This document shows positions 13,000 to 26,500 of a DNA stretch of 64,000 bases, piece after piece; within the stretch, counting starts at the first letter, position 1, and every line of letters starts with the position of its first letter. Location: positions 2,418,001 to 2,482,000 of the forward strand of contig JBHGNT010000012.1 in NCBI GenBank assembly GCA_043228905.1, in the 5' to 3' direction. The translations under genes were made by a program, and so were the position numbers. The notes below the pieces were generated by a model that made no database searches, was not told where the DNA came from, and saw only the letters and a program-made list of their open reading frames with translations. The DNA comes from Azolla caroliniana. Taxonomy: Eukaryota; Plantae; Polypodiophyta.

Positions 13000-15900
13000 T
13001 AGTAGCCCAACTCTCCAACTATAGTAGCATGACTTAGGGCAATAACCCAACTCCACACATTGGCTCAACTCAAACAGACTCGTAGGAGTAGCCTAACTTA
13101 TTATTGCAATCAACTAAAACCCTATTGTTTGGTCATTATTCCCACTTTTTTGAAACAAGCTCCACTTGAATATTAAGAGGGAAATACTCATACCACCTAC
13201 GCACATGCATCGCCACATACATATTTGTTTTGTAAGTATTTTATTGGTTTCAACTTTTGATTGTTACTTTTCTAATGAGTTTGTGAGTGTTTGGAAATGG
13301 ACGCATAAAATGTTCTTGAAATTTGATAAATGTGGATGGATAAATTGGTATTAGGGTTTAGATTCTTGTGGATGCATGTAGACCATGCATGCATTTTGAT
13401 GATTTTGAAAAACTTGCATGTTGGCAAGTGGGTTGGGTACAATGAACCATCATATGTGGATGCATGGATGATTGTTGACATGTGGGTTACGTTTGCTTTT
13501 GATTGCATGTTTTGTAATGATGTCTAAATATGCCTACATATTTGTGAGTGAAATCAAATGTTGGGTTGGGAAATGTGGATAGAAAAAATGTTGTTGAAAT
13601 CTAGTATTAGGGGTAAAATTCTTGTGGTGGAGAAGTTCATAATTTGTGGTGTTTTGCCCTTGCTTGCATAGATGGTTGTTAGGTCCAAAGAGTTCCTAAA
13701 GTTTGATTCTGATTGGGGTGAAATCAGACCCATTGAAGGAGGCATGGCACAATTCATTCTTCAACAATGTATACGAGGCTATAATAGTGATACATGTGTG
13801 CTAACATTGTTTTTTGTTGCAGGGTTTTGGTAAGAAGGGATATCAATAGCAAAGTATCCGTCAAGATGGAGGCTGAAAACAAAATGGAGGCATCAAAGGT
13901 TGCAGACACTATACCATAACATGAATCATCATATGTTGATGCTCCGCCAAAAGGTAAATTGATGTACATCCTTGTATTCTAGCTACAATTATGTATATTG
14001 GTTAATTCCAATGCATATGTCATTACCAACACTTTTACACTAGGTTTACTTGACTCGCTCTCGCTCTTCAGGTGTGGGCGAGAGCCAATGGGGATCAAAT
14101 GTCGAACATGTATAGTTACTAAGTCATGCCAGCAAAAGCAACGTTAGTTTCATAAGAAAATGGAGATGGAGACACATTTGTGGAAGGTACATGACATTAA
14201 TGTACATAGTGCTTCCAAGAGGGCTAATGTTGAGGTGAAATACAATAGATCTTGCCAATCATATCCAAGAAAGTTGAGGACAAGAATGCTTAACCAAGAA
14301 TGGCAAAACAATCCACGCAGAATCATAATTTGTTGCCAAGTTCACACGCAATTGGAAGGCAATATATGAGTCAACAACTGACCAGCAGATGGAGAAGTTC
14401 AAATTAAAGATTGCCAATGGATATGCATATTACGAAAGTATGAGTCTCAAGGTTGGTGATGTTGGAAATGTATGGCTTTACTAAAATATTGATTTCAATA
14501 TTCGTAATTTTAGTGTAAGGCTCGTTGGCTTGAAAAATCTGAAGATAATGGTACCATCTCAACTGACTACAGACAAAACCCATCGTCTGAATCCACGCCA
14601 ACTCAACTGAGAAGGGCCAAAATCCAAGTCTTATGGATAGAGGTGGACTAGCCCCTATGTGAGGAGATTCCATCGTATTTAGACGAGAAAGCGTGATATG
14701 TTGGAATTGTTCACGTTGGATTTGGGAAAGCCAGAAGATCCCAAAACATGATAACTAGTAATAAGTTAGCCAAGCTCATTTGATACACTAAATATGGTAG
14801 TGTGTTAACGGTTTGTGATTCATGTAATTTTGGCCTAAAAAACAAGTTTCAACTTGCATGTCGAGTATTGGATCTATCGGTATACGTGGTTGATCATGAT
14901 TTGCGATTGTTGTGCAAAGCGGGGGAGATGGTATCCACAAGGATGACAAGCCTCTTTAGTATGTGGATGGAATATATGCAACTCCAAGAGGTATCCGACA
15001 TGTATTGGATTATCGATCCACTTTGGGTGCAACTTGCCAAGCAAAGCAAACAAGGTGGATGACATTCTTGGTCGTGTGCAAGAGTGGGATTATGTTTTCA
15101 TACCCATGTTGCGCTATGGCCATTGGGTGCTTTGGATGAAGATGCACAATAGCCCAACCGGTTTGGATGCATAGAAGGTGACGAACCATGTAGTATTTTG
15201 CGCTCCATTGAATAATCTTGCAACCATTTCCTTTAAGAGTTTGGCAAATCTAGTTGTATCGAAGATATGTGGCATACACGAGAAAGAGGCATGATAGTGG
15301 TTTAGAATATTGAGCATGACCACTCCACTCTATGGCTCCAATGCTTTTATTGTGATTGCCAAGACATTGCAAATAACTGTAAACATATATGTACTCAAAA
15401 CTTTGATGATCACTGAGTGGCAAATGCCATCCCTATCCATGCATTTCATGCATGGAAACCCTAGCCTATAAACATTGATGTGAACTATATTATAAATGAT
15501 TTCCAGTAGGATATAACCTTATTCCGATATGCAACATTATTACACTAGTCAACAGACTACCACATATGGGCATGGCACAAATTTAATTCAAAAAATTTCT
15601 ACCATGCACAAGGCTCACACGAACAACAAGCCTATAGATATAACAATGGCTTAACTTGATTTGGTAAGTTTAGTTTACCGAAGGAAGTACACGATGATAA
15701 AAAAATTGCTGAGAGGTAATGTTTGTAGCAATATGTGTGCAATAAGGAAGAGTCACTAAAGTTTGTGCACGTACGTACATTTGAAGATGTGCATTGGTCT
15801 TTGGATTTGTGTTTGTTACATGAACCTCCATATGAACATCACGTTCAACATGTTCTTTGTCTTTTATATACACCCACTACACATAAGTGAATTATAAAGT

Positions 15901-16400
15901 GGTTATTGAACATCTCACCATACCCAACAATAACATTATTTATACGAGAGCGAGCATGCACATTGCATAGTACATGAATTATTGAATCAACAATCTGACA
16001 AATTCCTCCTTGGTCGAGGTAGTCTTTGGCCCATACATAATTGCGTACAATCAATCAAAAACATCACGACAAACTTGGGAAGCCTATTAGAAATGTTAAG
16101 GGTAACGAACCCTTCACATTATCTCTTTCGACTCAAGATTAGAGCGAACATATGCAAAGATTTTATATATGTATGTAGATGTAACCATGCACCAACATGT
16201 TATTCATCTTCGCTAGATGAGATGAAGCTTTGGTTGAATAAAAGGAGAGCCCACAAAACGTTCGAAGCGACGCAACACAACACAATGCTCTCTCTAAACC
16301 ATAATAATAATAAGAGGGGGCTTTCTTATGAACTGTGCACCATGACTACATACAAATCACGTCTGCCCAAGAACCATGCACGGACCTCTCCCTGATTCGC
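13000..16400. mobile_element. Highly decayed repetitive or transposon-like DNA, family not assignable
   Basis: No coherent spliced gene; short broken ORFs; a faint CTxxxHxL (SWIM-like) trace on the - strand near 15730-15800. Confidence 0.3.
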
Positions 16401-16404
16401 ATCC

Positions 16405-16521
16405 AAACCACTCGGTTAGCTCAAGCCTGAATCGAGCTGAGCTTCGAAACCACCAAACCGTTTTTAAAAACAGGTTTAACTGGCTCAGATTGGGCTTGAA
16501 CCGAGCCGTTGCCGATTCCTA
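16405..16521 (-). mobile_element. Possible hAT-type MITE terminus
   Basis: The reverse strand reads TAGGAATCGGCAACGGCTCGGTTCAAGCCC with recurring CCGAG/AACCG subterminal motifs. No partner TIR was found. Confidence 0.3.
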
Positions 16522-16611
16522 GCCACGACGACATTCGTGTTATGGCCAGGCGTGCCCGTCTTGACTTGTCTTGTCTCATGAAAGAAAGAAAGAACTTAGA
16601 AGTGTTTTTTG

Positions 16612-16619
16612 TTTGGCGC
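16612..16619 (+). promoter_or_regulatory. E2F binding site upstream of CDC45
   Basis: TTTGGCGC matches the TTTSSCGS consensus and lies upstream of a replication gene. Confidence 0.6.
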
Positions 16620-16629
16620 CCAAAAGAAT

Positions 16630-16793
16630 AGAAAGAGAGAGAGAGAGAGAGAGAATCAGAGCTACAAAAGCAAGCCCAAAAGATCAAAAAGCAGAAAGCA
16701 GAAAGCAGAAAGCAGAAAGCAGAAAGCAGAAAGCAAAAAGCAGGAGGAATTTTCGAATTTCAAACTATTTTTCCCGCCCCAAAAGCACCCCCT

Positions 16794-16840
<47 letters not shown>

Positions 16841-17170
16841 GTCTGTCTGGAGACTGTGTCTGTCTGTCTGTCTGTCTGTCTGTGTTTTCTTCTTCTTCTT
16901 CTTCTGTTTCTCTGTGCAATTTCCTTATCTTCTTCTTCTTCTTCTTCTTGTGGGCGATTTCTGTATCTTCTACTGCTTCTTCCCTCTTCTGGGCGATCTC
17001 TGTATCTTCTTCTTCTTCTTCTTCTTCTTCTTCTTCTTCCCAGGTTCTTCTCTCTGTGGGCGATCTCCTTATCTCTTTCCTTCTCCTCTTATCTCCTCCA
17101 TCTCTCTGTAATCTTCTTCTCCCATCTGCCCATCTGCCCATCTGTGTATCTGTATCTGTATCTGTATCCA
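16630..17170. repeat. Compound microsatellites (GA, GCAGAAA, CT, CTGT, CTT, CTGTAT) in the CDC45 promoter/leader
   Basis: Visible tandem arrays; they explain the spurious ORFs at 16571-17328. Confidence 0.9.
16770..16777 (+). promoter_or_regulatory. E2F binding site upstream of CDC45, adjacent to TTTCAAA
   Basis: TTTCCCGC is the canonical E2F site, just before the CT-rich leader. Confidence 0.7.
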
Positions 17171-17434
17171 TATCTATACAACATTCCCTATACCTCTTAA
17201 TCCATAAAATTTGTTTCTTCTTCCCTCTCTTCTGTACGCCTTTCTGCACAATTCGCGTCTCTCGGATCTGTGCTCTCTACGCAATCAATTACTATCAACT
17301 GTCACAGTTATCATCAACGGGATCGTAATCATCGGATCGATCTCCATTGATCTTGCCCATGCTTTCATGGTTCAGTTGATGCCACAACAGGAAAGCCATA
17401 CCTCTCCATCTCCTTGGTACTCATCCGAATTAGA

Positions 17435-19243
17435 ATGGTGAGAGAACGGACATCTACCTCCTTCTACTCCTCTCTGCGTTCTTCAGCCCTCGCAGCTTCA
17501 TCTTCACCGCTCCTTATATTCCCCTCCACAGCAGACACCGATTCTCTGTGTGCGTTGAAAATAGCTACCCATCTTCTTGCGCAGGATTCCATCAGATACT
17601 CGGTTTACCCTGTATCAAGCTTCGTGGATATTCACTTCCTCATCGGAGCTTCTCTCTCGAGTTTGAATGGTGATAATCAACCCATCGTTGCCTTGCTCAT
17701 CAATTGGGGCTCTTCCAGAGACCTCAGGAAGTCTCTTAAGCTCGGCTATGGAGTCCAAATATTTGTCATTGATAGCCATCGCCCTGTGCATTTACATAAC
17801 CTCTCTAACCGTAACAGTCAAGTCACTGTTCTTTACACTTCAGAAGATGAATCACAATCAGATCTTCCTTATAGCTTTGATCTGGAAACCCTGGCCAATT
17901 CTTGCGATCTGAGTAGTGACGATGAAATTGGTCTTGATTCAGATCAAGAAGAAGAAGAAGAAGATGAAGATGAAGACAGTGAAGATGAACATGAAGTTGG
18001 AACCTTGGATGGGAGAAAGAGAAGAAGAATGAACCAAGAAGGAGTTGATGCTTCTCTGTTACGAAGCTTGAAGAAGAACAAAAGTGAATACTACAGGATG
18101 GGAACATTCCACGGTACGCCTGCAGGTTGCCTCTTGTATGAGATTGCTCATTCTTTGCATAAGAACTCGAACGAGCTTCTATGGCTAGCATGTGTTTCTC
18201 TTACAGATCAGTTTGTTCACGAAAGACTGAGTGCAGAGAGGTACCAGTCAGGTGTAATGGAGCTCGAACAACACATCAATGGAGAAGGGAACTTAGAGAA
18301 AATCACTTCTGTAACCCTTAAAGATGGAACAAAAGTTCGAGTTCCAGACATGTCTAGAATCTCTTATGAAGATGAACCTCGCCTGATGCTCCTGAGAGAA
18401 TGGAACCTCTACGATTCTCTGATTTGTTCATCTTATGTAGCTACCAAGCTCAAGACATGGAGTGATAATGGGCTTAAAAGGTTACGCCTTCTTCTTGCTA
18501 AGATGGGTATAGCTCTCGTGGAATGCCAGCAGAAGTTTCAATACATGAGCAGCGATATGAAGAAAAGGATGAAAGAAGAGTTCCAGAAGCTTTTACCCGA
18601 GTATGGCCTGACAGATCTCTACTATCGAAGCTTTCAGAGACTTCATGGATATAGTTCAAAGGTTTCTGCAGCAGATGTGGTCTATGGGGTCAGTGCTTTG
18701 CTCGAATCATGGGGTGGGACCCATCAAACTGACCACTTCTGGAGTGCTTACAAAGCTTTGTCTCTCAACAACCTCGATGATTTACAACTAGGTATGCAGA
18801 GAGCTATCAATGTACAGAGAGCCACTCTCAGACAAGGAAGCTTAGCCATAACTAAGAAAGGCTTCATCAAGAGTGCAAGAGGATTCCGGTGGTTGAAGCT
18901 TGAAGATGGAATGGATTCGGAGCTTTTAGCTCATCCTCTTTCTTTGACAAAGCTATGTTATTTCCTCATGGATGCCCTGAGAGAGAAAGGAGCAAGAGCA
19001 AAACCTATGATATGTGCTGCATTGAGGCCCAATTCTGACTCAAAAAATATGGTTCTTATTGTGGGCGTTTCTAGTAGGCCTAGATTAGGTGCTCAACATG
19101 CAAATAGGTTTGGCATGGCTTTTCGAACTGTCGCTCAGGACCTTGGTGCTAGTTTTACTCATGATGCATTTGAATCTTCATGGATCCAGCTTGATGTTTC
19201 TGCTGTTAATGCTTTCATGATTCGAATATCTGAGAAGCTCTGA
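17435..19243 (+). CDS. CDC45: Cell division control protein 45 (CMG helicase component), single exon, 602 aa
   Basis: MVRE..PLLIFPSTADTDSLCALKI..LLINWG..FVIDSHRPVHLHNL, an acidic insert, EDEPRLMLLREWNLYDS..LKTWSDNG..LAKMG..DAFESSWI. ATG at 17435. Confidence 0.97.
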   Translation: MVRERTSTSFYSSLRSSALAASSSPLLIFPSTADTDSLCALKIATHLLAQDSIRYSVYPVSSFVDIHFLIGASLSSLNGDNQPIVALLINWGSSRDLRKSLKLGYGVQIFVIDSHRPVHLHNLSNRNSQVTVLYTSEDESQSDLPYSFDLETLANSCDLSSDDEIGLDSDQEEEEEDEDEDSEDEHEVGTLDGRKRRRMNQEGVDASLLRSLKKNKSEYYRMGTFHGTPAGCLLYEIAHSLHKNSNELLWLACVSLTDQFVHERLSAERYQSGVMELEQHINGEGNLEKITSVTLKDGTKVRVPDMSRISYEDEPRLMLLREWNLYDSLICSSYVATKLKTWSDNGLKRLRLLLAKMGIALVECQQKFQYMSSDMKKRMKEEFQKLLPEYGLTDLYYRSFQRLHGYSSKVSAADVVYGVSALLESWGGTHQTDHFWSAYKALSLNNLDDLQLGMQRAINVQRATLRQGSLAITKKGFIKSARGFRWLKLEDGMDSELLAHPLSLTKLCYFLMDALREKGARAKPMICAALRPNSDSKNMVLIVGVSSRPRLGAQHANRFGMAFRTVAQDLGASFTHDAFESSWIQLDVSAVNAFMIRISEKL

Positions 19244-21416
19244 GAATAAGAATGCCTTTGGATTGACTGGATCTATCTCGATCTACTATACGAATGCCAG
19301 AGAAGGTTTGATAATTATGCATTTGGGTCTTCTTATTTGTTGATCCATCTTGGTGTTTGCTTCAAATATATGAGAGTATGGTGAAATGCAGTTTTCAGTC
19401 TTCTTCCTCATGCATCCATTGTGATGTGTGATTCAATTATGGTAGAAGGAATTGATAATAATGCATTTGGGTCTTCTTCATGGACTCATATTGTTGTCTG
19501 CTTCAAATCTTTGAGAAAGTTTGGTAATAACAAGGGATTCATCTTGATATTTGTTTTGGATATCTGAGCGACCTTGATTATGCATTAAGATCCATTGTGA
19601 TTAGTACACCTGAGAAGCTATTGAATGATGCAATTTGGAATATTTGTGGAACATCTATCTGGATGCATTCCTGATTTGATATTGCTATTCAGAATCTTTG
19701 AGCATCTATCTGAATGCTTGGGCCCTCAATACTTTGATGATTTGAATATCGGAGAACTTCTGATAAGCGGTTATGCCCATCTTCCTGTTTCCCCCATTAA
19801 AAACACATCTTCCCATATTCCCATACTCCTTTGTTTTCTCTTTCTTGTATCCTTTTGCTATTTAATTATACACAAAAATCCATTTAATGTTGCATACCAT
19901 ACTCAGATAGTTTCTGCACTTACATTGTGATCATTTACCCCATAGCAAGGGTGAATGTGAATAGGATAAGAAGGTTGCAAAATTGTTGGTCGACCCATTA
20001 TTATAGAGATTCTTCTGATAATTTCATTCTCATGAAATTAACAAACGAAATATGTAACCTGTTCATCTATAAGGCATTCAATTGGATCCAAACCAGCGCT
20101 CATCATTTTCTTTGTGAATTTGTTTGAATTCCACAGAATCCTCTTAGTGTACTATTGTTTGAATTATTTCTAAACCTAGTGTGTTAAGTAAACATGTTGA
20201 CGCAAATCACATGGAGATTGCATGCGCGGGTTTGTTTTAATCATTTTGTTTTTACAAAGCTGCCACTTTTGTTTTGCATGGATTACTAAAAAGGGCATTT
20301 GTGGTTTCACTCCTATGCCATCATTTTGTGCTGAATCGTACGGATTGCTCAATAACTCATTGCATTGAGAGATTTACAGCATGTGCCTTGAGGCTGAGAA
20401 CATTAGTGGCAAATGATTCATATTACTCTGGGACAAATGATTGCACATTAGCTGAGTACGACATGAGAGATTATGAACTACAAGGGTCAATTAACAATGC
20501 AGCAACTCACATTGAAGATAGACTCTCCCCATTTATTTCCACTTGAAAATATTTGCTTGACCAAGCAACTCATTCGTCTTCCTTTTATTAGTACACCCTC
20601 GTTCAAGGTTGTCCTTAATTGCACACATTACCTCAAGTGAATACATATTAACTCAACTATGCATAAAGACTGGAATGTCATATAGCAAAAAAGGGCAATA
20701 CGAGATTGGAATTACTCCTGCTTGTGGTTCTGAGAACGAAAATCATTAAGAGAAGATACTATTTAAACTAGAATCGAGGTTGCACACTTAAATGTGTGTA
20801 GTGGTCTAGCCAGAATGCTTTGGAATTAGTTCCCAAGATCCCAATGAGATCATATTTACCATTTTCTAATTATCATGATGATCAGATATTTGTTTAATTG
20901 TGGTATGCATCCATTCCAAAAGACATGGATCCTCTTATGAAGAGCTTCAAACTCATAAACAGATGGATTCAAACTCACACATATTGACATGTATTTTAGG
21001 TATGTTCCAAAATAATGGATATCTACCGGAAATGCACTCATCATCTGATGGAAACATATACATCATATTTCTCCTCAAAATCCATGGTTTGATACAAATT
21101 CAGAAGAAACAGGATATAAGAATAAACTCTCTGAGAACTGTAGAAGGATATGTATTACATAATTCTGCGAAAGGGCAAATGCACTCAACTAATAATATAA
21201 ACTCATTGAGAATGTTTTGAAAACAGTAATTTATGTAGCGAACCCTCTTAATAGCTTTTGTTTCTAGATTAAAGCCTCCACCATTCTTCCTTGCAGATTA
21301 TGACTTCAAGATTCAAATCCTTCATTCTTGCCATCGGATGTTTTTACAAAAACCAGAACCTGTCTCTTTTCTTGGCATTTTCTAGAACAGAGGAACACAT
21401 ACCACAATGCTGTAGA

Positions 21417-24400
21417 TTAGACAGCCGCAACCTTCTTACCGTCCTCCAAAATATATATGGAAGATGTCGGTACCTAAAGCACAAAAACATGCAAGCATAA
21501 ATGAAGGTTTATTCAGCCATACAGCTAAAGTGTTTTTTAAATGAAAGGACAATGGGTAATAATCAGAAAGTCTTTTACATCCTTCCATGTCTCAGTGATG
21601 AAGTCTACTATGTCGTACATGAAATCTCCCTGAACATCAATCTGTTCTTTTTCAGTTGGGCCCTACGCAAAGTGGACTATAGAAGTTAGGGATGCCTCAA
21701 GCAAATCACTATTTTCCAGTCAATTCAAAATAAATGCTCAGTTTTTACCTTCACAACTGATGCTCCACTGGCAAATTTTTTCCCGAATTTCTTCGAGGCA
21801 TCACCGAGTTTAATGCCTACAGAGTAGATGGTTAATTGAATATGAATTGGCATATGGTAACAAACTGTGAAACCAAAAATTAGAAATTATCCTCACCAAA
21901 CATCTCTAGACCCTTAACTATCGTGACACATTTTCGTTTGTTCCGAACAACCTTCTCGACAATAACTTCTGGCTTCTCCTAAGGTATTATTGACAAGAAT
22001 GAGGAATACGCAAAAAGAAGAAGAAGCCAAGTTATGTTCTGGTTTTGATTGTATACCTTCTTTTTCACCTTACCACCAGGCAATGTTTTCACCTCCTCTG
22101 GCTTAGTTTCAGAGGTACTGCCTGTTATTCAGATAAAAATATGAAGTTATGTACTTGATAGAGAGTAAACCAAAAGACTGTATAACAATGACATTGACAA
22201 ATTGTGAAGGCATTAAAGGAGAGTACAAAATATGTAAATCAATATAAAAAACGGTGTTACAAAAGAGTTTGTGTCAGCAAGGGGAACAACACAAAGGTAA
22301 TCTGGAGAAAACAAGTTATAATCTCCTCTTCAAGTATGAATTGTGGGCCTAATGTACAGAGTTGGATATATGGACAGATCAGCTTATTACATTTAATGCC
22401 CTGCCTTAGTTACTTCGGAGGAAGATGTGAAAACAAATGTCGTTAAAACCTCTAATCAGAAGCAACTGTTTCCAAGCATTTCTTGTGACAATAAGTCCAT
22501 CATTGACTTGCATTCTCAAGATTCCATCATGAGATACCAGAAAACACTATTACAATTGCTTGGAAATGTCATGTACATTACTGTGCTGAAGGATGTAGTG
22601 GTTCCCTGACTGATGTATATTCAGTTCATGAAAAGGTCAAATGCTTTTATATGCAAAAATGTACAAATGTGAAATATACAAATCATACCGTGGAATTACA
22701 ATTGTGAAATTCTTGTAATATGCAAGAATATACAAATGTGAATATACAATTCAGTTCGAAAAGGTCGACATAAAACATCCAAGTTAAATGCTTGTATGTG
22801 CAAAAATGTACAAATGTGAAACATAAACCATTAATTAGGATAAAGGTTTCACATATATATTACTAATCAGAAATCATAGAATATATAGCTGAAAGTTTCA
22901 CTTTCATAAATCCAGATCCAAGATCAAGAATTGACATTTATGGAAATAAAAAACCAATGAAAATACAATTTTTCAAAATCAATTAGAAGTATTGGCCATT
23001 TCACAATAGAGTTTTGTGCTGATTGTTAAACATCCTCAAGCATTTTAGGATTTTAAACATTAGAGCCCAATGAGAAACATTTCCTGCTTTCCAGAGGGCT
23101 AAAATACAATCGGTTAAACATTTGTGCTAGAAAGCATGAATATTTAACATAGAGGACAAATGTACAAACATGCATTCAAACTATGCGACATAGTCATGCA
23201 TAGGAAAAATCGGGGGAAAAGATAATTTGCTAAATAGTAGAAGAATTCATGAGGAGGTTATCTGGAGTATAAGTCCATGAGGAATTGCATGATTTAATAG
23301 TGTCCCAAGGGATACAAATCTGGTTCCAATTTACTTAGTCTATTATATGAGACTAAATGAAATAAATCTCTTTATAATAATTGTCTATGCTCATATTTAA
23401 AAAGCATGATGAACTCGTGTTCTCTCGCGTGATACTAAGACAAATGATCGTAGTCTACCTCTGAAAAATAGATTTCCTAACAGGAACCAAGTTCCAACAT
23501 CAAGAAATCCCACGATAATATCATATAACAATCCAGCAGTTACTAATCTTTCACAATGATAACTTTTATGGTAAAATGCACACTCGATATAAGCTCAATC
23601 AATGTCAATCACATGATAATGACAGGGTGAGATAAAACAGATAAAAAACAAGACAATGCTGATTATGATACATGCAGGTTGCATATATGAGTGGAAGTTA
23701 TGCTTTCAAATTTCAGGACCCTATCATAACATCATTATTTGCAAGTACGCATTGTGATTAGAAATTTTAGAAATATTTTTTCCATTTTACTAGATAATAT
23801 GAAGCACCTGATATCTTCAAATTTTGAAGCTGCTCGGCAGTCTTCTCCTCACCTTCCTCTGCAGAAGCTAATTAAACCACGAGTCATTTGAACGATATTC
23901 TATAAACAGTAGAATATGCAATTAGAAGATTAAATAGTTACCTTTAATCAAATCTGGGTATAAGTCTGGGGCATTCTGTATCAGCCATGGCTTACATTTC
24001 TCAAAGTCTGGACTAAATTCACAGTATTCTGCTGGTAAACTGCACACTAAAGAACACCAAATACACGCGTTTCAGAACATATATTAAAATCTATTCATCA
24101 GCTACATCAGAATGTAGCAATAATCCTCCCAACTGATATATATCTATAGAAAACACATGAAGCCTGATAAATTTTGCTTTACTATAACAAGTCAAATTTC
24201 AAAATTTGAGAAGAGTAATTTTTTTTGTTGTATTAGGAACTTTTAAGGGATGTCATGCACATCATCCATAGAGTGACCAACCATGTTAGTGATTGCTCAG
24301 TAAATAGACTTACAACAGAACCATCCCACTTAAGGTATTATTAAATAAGTTTAAAGATTTTAAACTGAAAGCTGAAAATAAATATAACCTGAGCACCAAT

Positions 24401-26000
24401 CAACCTCAAGTTGACAAGCCTATGATCATGATGTTTAATAAATCATGTTGTCATAGACACGAGTAGTTAAAAATGGATTTCTTGGTTAAACAAGTTGCTG
24501 ATGGAAGTTAAAACAATTGGAATGCTCCTTGCCTAAAATAAACTAATTAAAATAATTTCTTGTTGTCATAGCAATGAATATTGTATGATCATCTGACCTT
24601 CCTAAGTCCAACAACAATAGCAGTGGTCAAATCATAATATTCAATATTTAAGCACTGCATCATACAAATCGCAACATAAACTACAACTTAAGAGTCAGCA
24701 TAATGTTGTGGTGAGTCTGACCTGCATCTATCTTATAAGTGATTCGGGTAGAATACCTCGAGTAATTTAACAATATTTTATGAAACGATGCACCAGAATC
24801 AAAGACATCCAATTAGTAGAAGACATTCCATGCATATGGTTCTGCAAGTCCACATTGACTCCAGACAACATTAATATAGTTAAGGTTTTGTGAGGTAGCA
24901 TTTCAGGGAGCTCACAAAATGAAATGAAGAAAATATGGAAGGACCTGTGCTGCCATTTAGGAGTTACGAGCACAACCAGTACTCTGTAATGCTTTTAGAA
25001 TCCAGACGAAGGACAATAGAATTTTATGCTCTTCGAAGAGTTTATAAGTAGGATGCCTCAAAATTGCCTCCCCATGTCTGCATGGGAATTGGACATTTAA
25101 CACATAAGAAAATTTCTTTCTTCCGGATGGGTTCAAGATATCTGAAAATGATCCACCAGTTATAGCACTTCTACCATCCGATCTGAAGAAATTGACAATT
25201 ATATAACCTAATAAATGCATGATAACAGCTATTGCCCTAGTTGATACCAACACTTCAGGGTCTTCAGCTATAGCCACATTCATAGCAAATATTGGAAAAA
25301 TTACTGAAATACGGCAATGCCCAAACTCACATCTGGACACCCATGCTCAAGAGGGAAAAATGTGCCATTACATTGATGTGAACACACTCGCTCTCACATT
25401 CGCATGTACCCGAAACAGAATCACAAATCACTTTGCAATGCCTCACATACGAGGGCATTTGAGGATATGAGATATTCTCTTTGCTTGTCTATTCGACCAC
25501 AAAACCAAACTCATGGATGATCAAAACAGTGAAATTCAGCAATTTCGGCAGCTTTTAATTTGATTTTTACATGTTCTCGTTGTTCTATCATTTTAAAACC
25601 TTCCACCAAAAAAGGCTGGGTAGGGTGCTTTGTAACATAATTATCATTCCTCATCATCTCGCTTCCTCTTTCTATCTCTGTCTGTCATATATCACCAAAC
25701 TGACTGTTGAAAAGCTGATGTGAAAGCTAGATCGAGGTAAAGAAAGAGGATCCAAACGGCTTTCAATACGGGAATCATTTGACATAAAAACAAAACTGAG
25801 AACCCTTCTTTTTCTATGTTCTCTCTCGATTGAGAACGAAAAAAAAGGGGGGGGGGAAAGAATTCAAAGACTTTCAACACAAGAATCATATGATATAGGC
25901 ACATAAGAAAAAAGAATTCAGTAGGATGGACTTAGAAAGAGGGAGAGAGAGAGATACCTTCACAGTAGGTGACCTGGACAGGTTGCAATTTCTCTGCCAT
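21417..26000 (-). CDS. DENR: Density-regulated protein / translation machinery-associated protein 22 (SUI1 domain). Exons 26000-25958, 24046-23942, ~23867-23808, 22121-22057, 21978-21897, 21816-21749, 21662-21579, 21473-21417
   Basis: [36 protein letters not shown] (Zn site)..EVIVEKVVRNKRKCVTIVKGLEMFGIKLGDASKKFGKKFASGASVVKGPTEKEQIDVQGD..VPTSSIYILEDGKKVAAV*. GT-AG introns are in phase. Confidence 0.93.
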
Positions 26001-26209
26001 TGAAGACGTCGCTAAAGACCTTGTTGCACGCTCGCTTGCTTTCTGCTACTGATTCTGCTTCTTCCTCCTAAAGGATCCCCACAAAAGTATGTGTGCAGAG
26101 AAGAGAAGAAAGAAAGAAAGAAAGAATTTCAGGAGCATCCCCTTGCTTTTAGAAATTCACCAAAATACCCCTCCCACTTTATTCCCATGGATCAAATTTG
26201 GTCTACCAC

Positions 26210-26232
26210 ATATGTATGTATGTATGTATGTA

Positions 26233-26265
<33 letters not shown>

Positions 26266-26500
26266 ATGTATGTATGGATGTGTGTGTGTGTGTATGTATG
26301 TATGTATTTGTATGTATGTATGTATGTATGTATGTATGTGTGTGTATGTATGTATGTATGTTATATATGTGTGTGTGTGTATGTATGTATGTGTGTGTGT
26401 GTGTATGTATGTATGTATGGATGTATGGATGTATGGATGTATGTTGTATGTATTGTATGTATGTACATATGTGTGTGTGTGAATATATGTATGTATGCAT
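26210..26500. repeat. (TATG)n/(TG)n microsatellite
   Basis: Visible array; source of the YVCM/HTYI ORFs. Confidence 0.95.

Noticed and set aside
16571-17328. 200-240 aa ORFs upstream of CDC45
   Set aside because: Open only because of simple repeats.
22580-22612. Possible extra DENR micro-exon
   Set aside because: Flanking exons already join in phase, and the splice signals are ambiguous without RNA data.
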